In this document: piece after piece, positions 48,089 to 58,322 of the stretch
Position numbering within the stretch: the stretch's first letter is position 1
How the letters are laid out: every line of letters begins with the position of its first letter
Assembly (NCBI GenBank): GCA_963790025.1
Contig: CAWBMP010000004.1
Location: 192,001 to 256,000, forward strand
DNA from: Nitrospirota bacterium
GTDB taxonomy: Bacteria; Nitrospirota; Thermodesulfovibrionia; Thermodesulfovibrionales; Dissulfurispiraceae
Direction: 5' to 3'
Length of the DNA stretch: 64,000 bases
Made by a program: the position numbers and the translations under genes
The notes under the pieces: generated by a model
What the model was told of the DNA's origin: nothing
What the model saw: only the letters and a program-made list of their open reading frames with translations
Databases searched by the model: none

Positions 48089-49597
48089 ATGAATATGAAA
48101 ATTAAACAAAGATTAAGAATAAGCTTTACTGGTTCGGCAATAACTGTTTTTATAGTTATTTTGATACTATCCGTAACAATGTTTAACGTCAAGAGTGCAT
48201 TCGAGGAAAAAAAAATTGCCGACGAAATAATAAGGGGCTCACTGGAAAGAAGCATATTAGCAAGTGACTATTTGGCGACCGACAATGTAATGTCAAAAAA
48301 ACAGTGGCTTGTAGTTGGTGATCATATCGGCAAAATTCTGAAATTGGCATCTGAAGAGTTCAAGGACAAGCAAGACAAAATAATAGTTAAAGCATTGCTG
48401 GAAAATCATGAGTCAAGCGGCAACCTCTTTTTAAAAATAGAGGAAGCAAGGGAAAAAGCGAGTTCGGACCCACGCCATACCGTGCTTTATCATCATGACG
48501 CAGCCAAATTGTCAAGCCAATTGGCCACGAAACGATACGCTACAATGGAGTATGCGAGCAACTTACAAAGGGCAGGCAACCAGTATCTTTTGTCCACTCT
48601 GCAAATAGCGGGATGGAGCATCCTTTTTGTAATCATAGTAGTGACAGCTACCATAATAATTAATTTATGGTCAATGGGTCGGACAATAACTCATCGCATA
48701 AATCATCTCAGCAACAGCGCTATAGTTATTGGACAGGGAGACCTGGATCACAGAATTCAAATTAACGGTGATGACGAGTTGACGGAGTTCGCACATGTTT
48801 TTAATACAATGACGGAAAAATTACATAAGTCTTATCTTGACATTGAAAACGAAATTTCCGAGCGGAAACTTGCAGAAGAGAAATTGAAACAGGCAAATGA
48901 GCATCTTGAAGCTGTTAACAAAGAGCTTGACGCATTTAGCTATTCCGTCGCCCACGACCTTCGTGCGCCACTTGTGCATATGTCGGGCTTTGCCGGACTT
49001 TTGCAAAAAAAGCTGAGTGAACACCAGGATGAAAAAATTCGTACTTATGCGGCTGCAATCGTCAGTGCCGCAAAAAGGATGGGAATGCTTATTGATGATC
49101 TGTTGGCTTTTTCACATATCGAACGTTCAGCTATGCATAAAGAAGAAATCGGACTTAAGTCCCTTGTAATGGATGTAGCTCAGGAAATTCAGTCTGAAAC
49201 AAGGGGACAGGACATTCTCTGGCAAGTCGACGAACTTCCCCAAGTACACGGCGATCAATCTTTGCTTAGGCTTGTTCTCGTTAATCTGTTGTCTAACTCG
49301 GTTAAGTATACAAGAACGCGTCCCCGCTCAGAAATCACGGTCGGGTACAAAGATGAGGAACTCGAATTGATTTTTTTTGTCAAAGATAATGGCGTGGGAT
49401 TTGACATGAAATGTGTGGATAAACTCTTTGGAGTATTTCAACGGCTCCATACGCAGGATGAATTTGAAGGCACAGGCATAGGACTTGCCAGTGTCCGGCG
49501 TATCATTTCGCGCCACGGAGGAAGGACGTGGGCCGAAGGCGCTGTGGGAAAGGGTGCCACATTTTACTTTACCCTTCCGAAGGCAAAGGAGATATGA
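48089..49597 (+). CDS. Sensor histidine kinase (HAMP-HisKA-HATPase)
   Basis: FSYSVAHDLRAPL, NLLSNSVKY, DNGVGF, GTGIGL. Confidence 0.93.
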   Translation: MNMKIKQRLRISFTGSAITVFIVILILSVTMFNVKSAFEEKKIADEIIRGSLERSILASDYLATDNVMSKKQWLVVGDHIGKILKLASEEFKDKQDKIIVKALLENHESSGNLFLKIEEAREKASSDPRHTVLYHHDAAKLSSQLATKRYATMEYASNLQRAGNQYLLSTLQIAGWSILFVIIVVTATIIINLWSMGRTITHRINHLSNSAIVIGQGDLDHRIQINGDDELTEFAHVFNTMTEKLHKSYLDIENEISERKLAEEKLKQANEHLEAVNKELDAFSYSVAHDLRAPLVHMSGFAGLLQKKLSEHQDEKIRTYAAAIVSAAKRMGMLIDDLLAFSHIERSAMHKEEIGLKSLVMDVAQEIQSETRGQDILWQVDELPQVHGDQSLLRLVLVNLLSNSVKYTRTRPRSEITVGYKDEELELIFFVKDNGVGFDMKCVDKLFGVFQRLHTQDEFEGTGIGLASVRRIISRHGGRTWAEGAVGKGATFYFTLPKAKEI

Positions 49598-49853
49598 AAC
49601 ACGTTCGAAGCTTGTGCGGCACACCTTATCTATCGAAATATGTGATATCATTGACTGAATTTCGCAAGTCAGAACATTGAGGCTTATTATGGCAATAAAA
49701 CGTTTCGCAGCAAAACTTGAAGGGTCTCTTGAAAGCAAATCCATATCCGCTCTTCTATTGACGGCTTTAATTCTGGATTTTCTAATTAGATAAAAAGAAG
49801 AAAGATACATAGGGTATTCTCGTTGATCATTGATAAGTACAGAAAATTTTAAT

Positions 49854-50438
49854 ATGTACCTTTCATCAATTGCAGGTCATTTCCCCTATTTGGGACTGTT
49901 TATTCTCCTGATTCTGCGAGGCATTGGCTTGCCATTTCCTGAAGGTGGCACGCTTATGCTATGCGGATTTTTAATTTCTACAAAAGTTATAAAACCTGTT
50001 TACTCTCTCGTAATGGTATATTCGGGAGTTCTAATCGGAGATTCCCTATTTTATTCCATTGGAAGGAAGTATGGTCGCATGATTATCAAGCACAAAGTCT
50101 TTCGCAAGGTGCTGCCTCCGCGACGACTTGAAATGCTGGAAAATAAATTCAACCAATGGGGAATTCTCTTCATAATGATCGGTGGCCGCCTCATTGGTGA
50201 AATATTCCTGGTCGCCGGCATTCTCAAGATGTCACGAACCAAATTTCTTGCAATTGATGTATTTTCAGCCCTATTAACCGTTGCAATATGGGTTGGATTG
50301 GGCTATTTGGGAGGACATACTCTTCAAAAAGTAATAAAACAAGATATTGTACGTATTGAGCATATTTTAGTATTCTTAATAGTATCAATTGCAAGCTATT
50401 TGTTTTTTCGACACATTTTTTGGTCTCGAAAGCATTAA
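49854..50438 (+). CDS. DedA family membrane protein
   Basis: GLPFPE, GD...YSIGRKYG, AGILKM...KF. Confidence 0.8.
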   Translation: MYLSSIAGHFPYLGLFILLILRGIGLPFPEGGTLMLCGFLISTKVIKPVYSLVMVYSGVLIGDSLFYSIGRKYGRMIIKHKVFRKVLPPRRLEMLENKFNQWGILFIMIGGRLIGEIFLVAGILKMSRTKFLAIDVFSALLTVAIWVGLGYLGGHTLQKVIKQDIVRIEHILVFLIVSIASYLFFRHIFWSRKH

Positions 50439-50601
50439 CCTGCATGGCGTCTATCACCTTTAATGGCATGCAACTAAAGCTCTCCCGCGGAAGGAGCGCC
50501 TTAACAGCAAGGGTCTTTTATAAGCCGCCTCCGACAAGACTATGATAGAGAACATTTCGCTATGGCCGGTGGTTCAAGGCCAATAGGGGTTCAGTCGCCA
50601 C

Positions 50602-51222
50602 GTGATGTCCAAAGAAAATAAGCCGAAGTTTTCAATTTCCAGCTCCGGTATGGGTTATAATATGTCAGCGATGCTCTTAATCCAGTGGAACTTACGGAAA
50701 GAGGCTGCTTTGGTTACGACTGCAAATGGTGCTATCAGATGCTCCAGAGTTGAAATATCCGAAACCGGGATCAGTGAACTTGACGGTGAGAAGGTGCTGG
50801 CAACTTTTCGGAGAGATCAGATTCGACGAATTCAGCTCTGTTACGCTACAAACGCCAAGTATCCGTTTTTTCAATACTTCCTCGGTTTTACCCTGCTTTC
50901 TTTTGCTTTGATAGGGCTGCTGGTTACATTTCTTGGAAGTGCGGGAGGCAGATTGATAATTCGGCCTGAATCAGTCGGTTTTCCGCTTCCCATAGTCCCA
51001 ACCCTACAGTGGCTCATGGCCGGAATTGGTTTCTGGCTCCTGGTCGGGATATTCAGTGGCAGGTATCTTTTTTTGATCGACACCGGAAATCAAACACATA
51101 AGATCTTTTTTGAAAAATCGGTGGACATCGATGAAATTCGGCAAATTATAAGGAAGGCACAGTTGAAGTTTGGATATGCTATAGATGATTCCATCCTGCA
51201 AAAAAAAATGTTATCCTCCTGA
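50602..51222 (+). CDS. Hypothetical membrane protein (start uncertain)
   Basis: Open frame with two hydrophobic segments. Confidence 0.5.
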   Translation: MMSKENKPKFSISSSGMGYNMSAMLLIQWNLRKEAALVTTANGAIRCSRVEISETGISELDGEKVLATFRRDQIRRIQLCYATNAKYPFFQYFLGFTLLSFALIGLLVTFLGSAGGRLIIRPESVGFPLPIVPTLQWLMAGIGFWLLVGIFSGRYLFLIDTGNQTHKIFFEKSVDIDEIRQIIRKAQLKFGYAIDDSILQKKMLSS

Positions 51223-51224
51223 AG

Positions 51225-52640
51225 TCAGGAAGTGCTATTTTTTTCTGCGTCTTTCCGGAATTCACCGGAAGATATGCCATATTTTTTCATTATGTGCTGA
51301 AGGGATTGTCGCTCCAAGCCGGCGGTTTGGGCCGCCAGGGAAACATTCCCCCCGGTGCGGCGCAGCAAATGTGTTATATATTCAACATTGAACGTCAAGA
51401 GGATTTTTTTCCGTGCTTCCCTGTAATCGAACTCATATATTTCAGGGGCTTCTTCGGCCCCGCTGATAAGCGATCTACCATTTCTGAAATCCTCAGCCTC
51501 AAGAAAGTCGTTCTTCGAAAAAATAACCGCCCGCTTTATCTCGTTCTGCAGTTCACGAGCGTTCCCCTTCCACTGTCTGGAAACAAGAAGCTTTATTGCA
51601 TCTTCTGTAATCGTCTTTGGGTCCAGTCCCAGCTCGGCACAAAATAATGATAGGAAGTGGAAGGCTATAAGGGGTATATCCTCGGGTATCTCCCGGAGCG
51701 GAGGCGTATGAACTAAAACTACATTCAGCCTGTAATAGAGATCCGACCTGAAAAGCCCCGCTGCAACGCTCGCTTCGAGGTCCCGGTTTGTGGCAGCGAT
51801 GACCCGTACGTCAACTCTGTGGCTTATGGTATCTCCAAGAGGTTTTAGTTCCCTCTCCTGGAGTACCCTCAGCAGTTTTGCCTGCAATGGGTAGGATATG
51901 TCCCCAATCTCGTCCAGGAACAAGGTACCTTCCCGGGCAGCCTGGAAAAGCCCTTCCCTGTCAGAGTTGGCCCCGGTAAAAGCGCCTTTGCGATACCCGA
52001 AAAGTTCGCTCTCCAATATGTTTTCAGGGATAGCGGGGCAGTTTACTCCCACGAATGGTTTGCCGGCCCTGCTGCTGAGGTTGTGAATCATGCGGGCAGC
52101 CAGCTCCTTGCCTGTACCGGTCTCACCGGTAATTAGGACCGGCACTTCCGTCCTTGCTACCAGCTTCAGGGTGTCGATGAGTTCTTTAATGCGGGGAGAC
52201 TTCCCGACAAAGAAAGTTTTCTCTTCTTTTTCCAGCAGCCTTTTTTCAAGATTCAGATTTTTTTTCAGGAGTCCTCGATGTTCCAGTGCCCGCTGTATCG
52301 TGTGCAGAAGTCGCTCCTCTTCAAAGGGCTTGGTAATAAAGTCATATGCCCCTTGTTTTATGGACTGCACGGCGGTTTCGATAGCTCCATATGCGGTCAT
52401 TATGATTACAGGCAGTAAAGAGTCTCTCTCTTTGATGGCCTGCAGAAGCTCCATACCGCCCATGCCGGGCATCTTCATATCGGCGAGAACGCAATGGACG
52501 CTGCTTTTCTCAAGAATCAGCAGGGCCGATTCCGCGCCGGCAGCGCCGCGGGTCTCAATATGCAGTTCTCTTTCGATGAGCCTTGCAAGGAAACGGATCA
52601 CATCAGGGTTGTCGTCAACAATGAGAATGACCTGTTTCAT
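51225..52640 (-). CDS. Sigma54-dependent response regulator (NtrC/AtoC family)
   Basis: REC domain; GETGTGKE; ESELFG; GAFTGA; C-terminal HTH. Confidence 0.95.
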   Translation of the reverse strand: MKQVILIVDDNPDVIRFLARLIERELHIETRGAAGAESALLILEKSSVHCVLADMKMPGMGGMELLQAIKERDSLLPVIIMTAYGAIETAVQSIKQGAYDFITKPFEEERLLHTIQRALEHRGLLKKNLNLEKRLLEKEEKTFFVGKSPRIKELIDTLKLVARTEVPVLITGETGTGKELAARMIHNLSSRAGKPFVGVNCPAIPENILESELFGYRKGAFTGANSDREGLFQAAREGTLFLDEIGDISYPLQAKLLRVLQERELKPLGDTISHRVDVRVIAATNRDLEASVAAGLFRSDLYYRLNVVLVHTPPLREIPEDIPLIAFHFLSLFCAELGLDPKTITEDAIKLLVSRQWKGNARELQNEIKRAVIFSKNDFLEAEDFRNGRSLISGAEEAPEIYEFDYREARKKILLTFNVEYITHLLRRTGGNVSLAAQTAGLERQSLQHIMKKYGISSGEFRKDAEKNSTS

Positions 52641-54262
52641 GTCTTATCTCCGTTAAAAGGGAACCAGAGAGTAAATGCAGTTCCACACCCCTCTTCGCTT
52701 TGCACAGAAATCTTTCCTTTGTGGTCCTTTACGATGCCATAGCTCACCGCAAGACCGAGGCCCGTACCCTGCCCGGCAGGCTTTGTTGTGAAAAAAGGTT
52801 CGAATATCTCATCCCTGATCTTTTCCGGCATGCCGCAGCCTGTGTCGGAAAATATGATCTTTGCGCCGTTGCCCTCCTTGTCGTATTCAGTCTTGACAGT
52901 AATGCAGCCGCCCGGCTTCATGGCCTGAAAAGAGTTGACCAGAAGATTAGTAAAAATAATTTTCATCTTGTCTTCGTCCGCCTGCAGATGAGGAAGCAAG
53001 GCGTCATAATACCGCACTATACTGATCCCGCCCTCTTTGAATGTTTCCTCCAATGAAGCCGCCGTCGTTTCTATAGCCATATTTATGTCCGTGGGGACAA
53101 GATTGACCTTGGTCTGACGCGAGAAATTCAGGAGGTCCTCGACAATTTTCTTGCAGAGACGTGCGTTGTTATAGATTACATCCAGGTCTTCATTAGCCTG
53201 TCGTCCCTCGCCCTGGTATTCTTTGCGCAGCAAATTTGTATATCCCAGGATAAGGCTAAGCGGATTATTGATCTCATGAGCCACACCTGCGGCCAGCCGG
53301 CCGATTGAAGCAAGTTTGTCCGCCTGGCGTAACTGTTCCCACATCTTATTTCTTTCCTGGTCGGATATCTTGAGGTACTCCATCATCCGGTTGAAGGATT
53401 CAGCGAGTTCCGACACTTCATAATAGTCCCGTGCGTCAAAATAGAGATCCAGCCCCCTGTGTCCGTTTACCACATCCTTGAAAAAGGAACTCATCCGTTT
53501 CATGGGGAGCACTGCCACCCGGTAATGGAAGTAGTTGAGAACGCCAAAAAGCACCGTCATGCCGGCGACGCCGATCAGGAAAATGGAAAAGGCCACATGC
53601 CGCAACTTCCGGAAGGTACCGCTCACCGGCGCGGCAATTGATTCCAGACCAATTATATCACCCACTTTCCGGCGGCGACCGTGCACTTTTCCGTACTGCA
53701 GGGTAATGGCCTCCGGTGAAGCAGCAGGATCTCCATGGCAGAGGAGGCACTCTTCTTCCATGACAATCGCCTTAAGATGGACAAAGTAATCCTCGCCGTT
53801 CTTGGTGATAAGGCCCCTCCATTCTTTCTTCGAATAGGGGACATTCCTGAACTGTCTTATATACCCTTCTTCAAAGGCATCAGCCTTGTTGGCGGGATTC
53901 ATGGGATCAATGGCGACCCTGCGGTAGATATAGCGTGGAAACTTTTCTTTGAACGTTTTCATGATCTCCATATTCATAAAGGAACTGGACATGACCTGGC
54001 GTATAAAGAGACTGCTGGGCAGTAAATGGAAGATCTGAGGTCTCAATTTATCTCGGGCATACGCCATGGTAGCGTCAATATGCCCCAGTACCATATCTGT
54101 CTTCTCGTAGGCCTCACTGATATACATTTCTTTCAGATAATCATAGATCAGCAAGGAAAAAATAGCGATGACACACAGAAGTATAATGCCTAGTCCTAAC
54201 ATGAATTTTGCTGTCAGCGTTGATCCGCCCAGCTTTGTTGAATTGCTCAAAGTTGTCACCAA
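52637..54262 (-). CDS. Sensor histidine kinase with periplasmic heme-c (DUF3365-like) domain
   Basis: PMNPANKAD, CLLCHG, AHEINNPL, EPFFTTK..GTGLGL. Confidence 0.9.
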   Translation of the reverse strand: MVTTLSNSTKLGGSTLTAKFMLGLGIILLCVIAIFSLLIYDYLKEMYISEAYEKTDMVLGHIDATMAYARDKLRPQIFHLLPSSLFIRQVMSSSFMNMEIMKTFKEKFPRYIYRRVAIDPMNPANKADAFEEGYIRQFRNVPYSKKEWRGLITKNGEDYFVHLKAIVMEEECLLCHGDPAASPEAITLQYGKVHGRRRKVGDIIGLESIAAPVSGTFRKLRHVAFSIFLIGVAGMTVLFGVLNYFHYRVAVLPMKRMSSFFKDVVNGHRGLDLYFDARDYYEVSELAESFNRMMEYLKISDQERNKMWEQLRQADKLASIGRLAAGVAHEINNPLSLILGYTNLLRKEYQGEGRQANEDLDVIYNNARLCKKIVEDLLNFSRQTKVNLVPTDINMAIETTAASLEETFKEGGISIVRYYDALLPHLQADEDKMKIIFTNLLVNSFQAMKPGGCITVKTEYDKEGNGAKIIFSDTGCGMPEKIRDEIFEPFFTTKPAGQGTGLGLAVSYGIVKDHKGKISVQSEEGCGTAFTLWFPFNGDKT

Positions 54263-54302
54263 CGTTTCTAAAGATACCTTTTATATTATACTCTAAAATT
54301 AA

Positions 54303-54326
54303 AGAGGGCTGTTTTATCAGCCCTCT
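54303..54326. terminator. Hairpin, likely terminator of the MFS operon
   Basis: AGAGGGCTG-TTTTAT-CAGCCCTCT with T run on the minus strand. Confidence 0.6.
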
Positions 54327-54360
54327 CTGTAAGGTATAAATCAGCTTGATTCACAGAGGC

Positions 54361-55938
54361 CTAAGCCGCATCAACAAATTCCCTGGCAGCTTCAATCACT
54401 TCAGCATCAATTTCGATCTTGTTCGAAGCCGAAAAAAATGCAGCGAGGAGATTCAGAAAAAGAAGGACGCCCATTACAGCGAAGAAACCATGCATAAAAG
54501 CATTCGTCTTTACCGGAACAGGAATGATCGAGTTGCTTAACACATGTTGAACGCTCGGATATCCGTTTTCGGACAGGTACCGGTGCTCCAGAGTGGTGAA
54601 TATGACGCCGGATATATCGACCCCTAATATCAGACCCAGGGACCGCATCATGTTCAGGACGCCTCCGGCAACGCCCAGTTTCTCTTTCGGCGCTGAACCC
54701 ATGATCGAGCTGTTGTTCGGCGGGGTGAACAATCCCATGCCAACTCCGAGGAGTATCAACACTGCCACAAGGAGCGGTAGTTGCGCAGAAGCCCCCATCA
54801 ACATGAGGGCAAAGCAGGCAAGGGCGGAAATAAGCATCCCGGACGTGGTCATTATTCTCGGGCCGTGTTTATCCGAAATATGCCCGGCGAATGGGGCTAC
54901 TGCAGCCATAGCGAGAGGGACGGGTGTTAACAAAGAGCCGGTAAGGGCAACGCTGCATCCCAATATATGCTGAAGATAAAATGGCATCAGAAACATGACC
55001 GCAAACAGGACGTAATAGGAGAGCATGCCTGTCAGGTTTCCAAAAAAGAAGGCGGCATTCCTGAAAAGCTTGAGGTCTATCAAAGGGTGCTCAACCTTCA
55101 ACTCCGTGATAATAAAAAGGGTCAGCAGAAGTGTGCCGGACAGAAAGTACGTCATAATGGTATTTGAGCTCCAACCCAATTTTACTCCCTCATTGAAAGC
55201 CAGCACAATAAAAGCGAGACCGGATGCAAAGAAGGCCGTTCCGATATAATCGACTTTTTCCTTTTTTTCCTTTTTTTCATCGGGCGGCAGGATAAAAAGA
55301 GCGGCCAGGGTGCCCGCTATGCCGATGGGGATATTAATATAGAAGATGGCCCTCCAGCCTACAGTGGCTATAAGAATCCCCCCGACAAACGGACCTACCG
55401 ACATCGATATCGCCTGTACGGCACCCTGGATCCCGATTGCCTTGCCTCTCTCATTCGCCGGGAAAGCATGCGTAATCAAAGCGACAGAATTTGCCTGTAA
55501 TAGCCCGGCCCCTATGGCCTGAATTATGCGGGAAATTATCATGAAGGAAGCTGTGGATGACATCCCGCAAAGTACCGAACCCACGGAAAAGACCACAAAG
55601 CCGATATTATAAAGCTTCGATCTGCCGTAAATATCAGCGAGTCTACCGAATAGCGGGAGAAAAATGGTCAGAGTGAGCATATATGCCATTGCTATCCACT
55701 CGATAACCGCCATCGAGACACCAAAGGTGTGCTGGAGGGTCGGCATAGCTACGTTGACGATGCTTACGTCAAGGGCAGACATTGTGGCTCCAAGAAGAAC
55801 GGTGGAAAGAATGAACCACTTCCATCCCGGATGTGATGAAAAGCGAGGATGAGGAGACTGTAGCCTAATCATTTTTGACGACTCCTTTTCTAAAAATTTC
55901 TTTAGTGATCTAAAAGATCCTTTTTGCCTGACTTGCAT
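54361..55938 (-). CDS. DHA2 (EmrB/QacA-like) MFS transporter, copy 1
   Basis: LDVSIVNVAMP, GRLADIYGR, ERGKAIG, GPFVGG; start may be 55872. Confidence 0.92.
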   Translation of the reverse strand: MQVRQKGSFRSLKKFLEKESSKMIRLQSPHPRFSSHPGWKWFILSTVLLGATMSALDVSIVNVAMPTLQHTFGVSMAVIEWIAMAYMLTLTIFLPLFGRLADIYGRSKLYNIGFVVFSVGSVLCGMSSTASFMIISRIIQAIGAGLLQANSVALITHAFPANERGKAIGIQGAVQAISMSVGPFVGGILIATVGWRAIFYINIPIGIAGTLAALFILPPDEKKEKKEKVDYIGTAFFASGLAFIVLAFNEGVKLGWSSNTIMTYFLSGTLLLTLFIITELKVEHPLIDLKLFRNAAFFFGNLTGMLSYYVLFAVMFLMPFYLQHILGCSVALTGSLLTPVPLAMAAVAPFAGHISDKHGPRIMTTSGMLISALACFALMLMGASAQLPLLVAVLILLGVGMGLFTPPNNSSIMGSAPKEKLGVAGGVLNMMRSLGLILGVDISGVIFTTLEHRYLSENGYPSVQHVLSNSIIPVPVKTNAFMHGFFAVMGVLLFLNLLAAFFSASNKIEIDAEVIEAAREFVDAA

Positions 55939-55988
55939 TGGTCAATTCCTGTTTTCAGTGACTGAATAACCCCGGACAGAAAGATTTT

Positions 55989-57791
55989 TTAAAAAAATGT
56001 CAGACTCAATAGCTCAATATCAGCCTCTTTTTCAGTGATTGGACCCCGGACAGAGAGCTTTTTCATGACCGGATCATTTTTTCCGGCATCAGGCCCCAGG
56101 ACTATTTTTTCGTGCCCGGTCGTATAACGGGCTGTGGCCGCGTCAGCTTCATGAGCAATAAAATTGCCGCTCACCGACCGGAAGGAGGCAAAAGAAAAGA
56201 CGATGACTGTAAAGAGGAGGAGAATGACAAATAAAGCCATCCCCCTGACCTCCCGGCTGAAGCCATTAAAGAATCCGGAAGAAACAACCGCTGTCCCAGT
56301 CGCCTGATGATCTATAATTGCCGATGTTTTGACTTTTCTGACAGACGAAAGGAACGCCGATAGAACAGTAACAGCCATAAGTACCATAATTACCATGATG
56401 AAGCCGTGCATAAAGGCGTTGGCTTTAACATGCATTGGAATGCTGCTGTTACTGAATACATTTTGAACATTCATATATCCTTTTTCAACCAGATAGCGGT
56501 GCTCCAGAGTAGAAAATATAACACCTGATATGTTCACACCGAATATAAGGCCCAGAGACCGCGTCATGTTCAGGACACCTCCGGCAACTCCCAATTTCTC
56601 ACTCGGAGCTGAGCCCATTATCGCACTATTGTTGGGCGCAATGAACAGTCCCATGCCGACTCCGAGGGAGATTAACGCAACCACTATTGCCGGCAGCCGC
56701 GCAGCCTCACCTAAAAACAAGAGTGAAAAACACGCCATGGCGGAGACGAGCATGCCGGAGGTGGTCATTATCCTCGCACCGTACTTGTCCGAGACATGTC
56801 CCGACAATGGGGCTGCTGCCGCCATGGCAAGGAGAAGGGGCGTCAGCAGAGAGCCGGTGAGCGCAACGCTATAGCCCAACACCTTTTCGAAATAAAAAGG
56901 CATAAGGAACATGATTGCAAACAACACATAATAAGACAGCATGCCGGTGAGGTTCCCTAACAGGAAGGTCGCATTTTTGAAGAGCTTGAGGTCTATCAGG
57001 GGACGCTCAACCTTCAACTCTGCAACGATAAAAAAAGTCAGCAAAACGATACCGGACAGGAAATAGGTTATGACGGTGCCTGAACCCCACCCAAGTCTCA
57101 TTCCTTTGTTGAAAGCCAGCAAAATCAGAGCAAGCCCTGATGCGAAAAATGCTGCTCCAAAATAATCAATCTTTTTCTCCTCTTTCGTCTTCCGGTCAGG
57201 AGGAAGCATGAACAAGGCAGCCAGTATGCCTAAAACGCCAATCGGGACATTCATATAAAAAATAGCCCTCCAGCCTACAGTGACTATAAGGACGCCCCCG
57301 ACAAATGGCCCCACGGCCATCGCTATCGCCTGCACTGCACCCTGAATGCCTATTGCCTTACCCCGCTCTCCTGTGGGAAACGCACCGGTAATGAGAGCGA
57401 CTGAGTTCGCCTGGAGAAGTCCCGCTCCTATGGCCTGCACTACGCGGGATACTATCAAGAAATTAGCTGTGTTTGACATCCCGCAAAGAAGCGAACCCGC
57501 CGAAAAAACAACAAACCCGCTATTATAAAGCTTCGATCTGCCGTATACGTCCGCTAACCTGCCAAACAGCGGAAGCAAGACCGTTAACGAAAGCATATAT
57601 GCCATCGATATCCACTCGATTACTGCCAAAGAGACGCCGAAGTTACTACTCAATGTCGGCATCGCAACGTTGACAATGCTTACGTCCAGCGCAGACATTG
57701 TGGCCCCGATCAAAACAGTGGTAAGAATAAACCACTTGCGGGCCGGATGCAGGGAAAGGTTGGCTCGTAAAATTTGTAACTCAGCATTCAT
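55989..57791 (-). CDS. DHA2 MFS transporter, copy 2, with C-terminal extension
   Basis: Close paralog of 54361-55938; extra hydrophobic segment and tail. Confidence 0.9.
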   Translation of the reverse strand: MNAELQILRANLSLHPARKWFILTTVLIGATMSALDVSIVNVAMPTLSSNFGVSLAVIEWISMAYMLSLTVLLPLFGRLADVYGRSKLYNSGFVVFSAGSLLCGMSNTANFLIVSRVVQAIGAGLLQANSVALITGAFPTGERGKAIGIQGAVQAIAMAVGPFVGGVLIVTVGWRAIFYMNVPIGVLGILAALFMLPPDRKTKEEKKIDYFGAAFFASGLALILLAFNKGMRLGWGSGTVITYFLSGIVLLTFFIVAELKVERPLIDLKLFKNATFLLGNLTGMLSYYVLFAIMFLMPFYFEKVLGYSVALTGSLLTPLLLAMAAAAPLSGHVSDKYGARIMTTSGMLVSAMACFSLLFLGEAARLPAIVVALISLGVGMGLFIAPNNSAIMGSAPSEKLGVAGGVLNMTRSLGLIFGVNISGVIFSTLEHRYLVEKGYMNVQNVFSNSSIPMHVKANAFMHGFIMVIMVLMAVTVLSAFLSSVRKVKTSAIIDHQATGTAVVSSGFFNGFSREVRGMALFVILLLFTVIVFSFASFRSVSGNFIAHEADAATARYTTGHEKIVLGPDAGKNDPVMKKLSVRGPITEKEADIELLSLTFF

Positions 57792-57917
57792 GTTTGTTTC
57801 ACCTCTCATGCAGTAACAAAGTTTAATTTCTCTCACTTCTTCCCATTTTTCAGAATCGTAATGATGAAGCGGTCCCTTTTTTTATAGTTTCCTTATTTAT
57901 GAGTCTATTGAGCATTT

Positions 57918-57934
57918 TGCAAGTATTATGCCGA
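57918..57934 (-). promoter_or_regulatory. Putative sigma54 (-24/-12) promoter
   Basis: TCGGCATAATACTTGCA has GG-N10-GC spacing, upstream of the MFS pair. Confidence 0.65.
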
Positions 57935-58322
57935 AGGATCAGGTTTAGACAACTCTTTGATAAATATTAATTTTAGCCCGCTGGCAAATATAACATTTAC
58001 TGTTTTGGATGCAAAAAAAATATTGCAGTGCATTATTTTTTTTATTGTGACGAAAGAAATTTTCCCGAAAGAATTGTCAATGTCCAGGATATCCATATGC
58101 GAAATCGCAAACTCCTTGGCCTATCAGAATTCAAAAGTTGAATTGCCTTTTGTGGAGCTTATCTTTTATCGCTCAACCGGGATCCAAGTTATATACTTTT
58201 TAAAGAACGAGTAAGTATAATTATTTATCTATAAATCTATTTAATAAGTTTTTAGTATGGTTGAAAGATGAAAGATCCAGTTAAATAGTTTTACCACTAT
58301 AAATTTTTAAAAGGAGCGGGCA

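Noticed and set aside
58095..58130. c-di-GMP-I riboswitch upstream of the MCP (CGCAAACTCCTTGGCCTA)
   Set aside because: Lacks the GGCAAACC-GAAA-GG P2 stem and a convincing P1; resemblance is only partial
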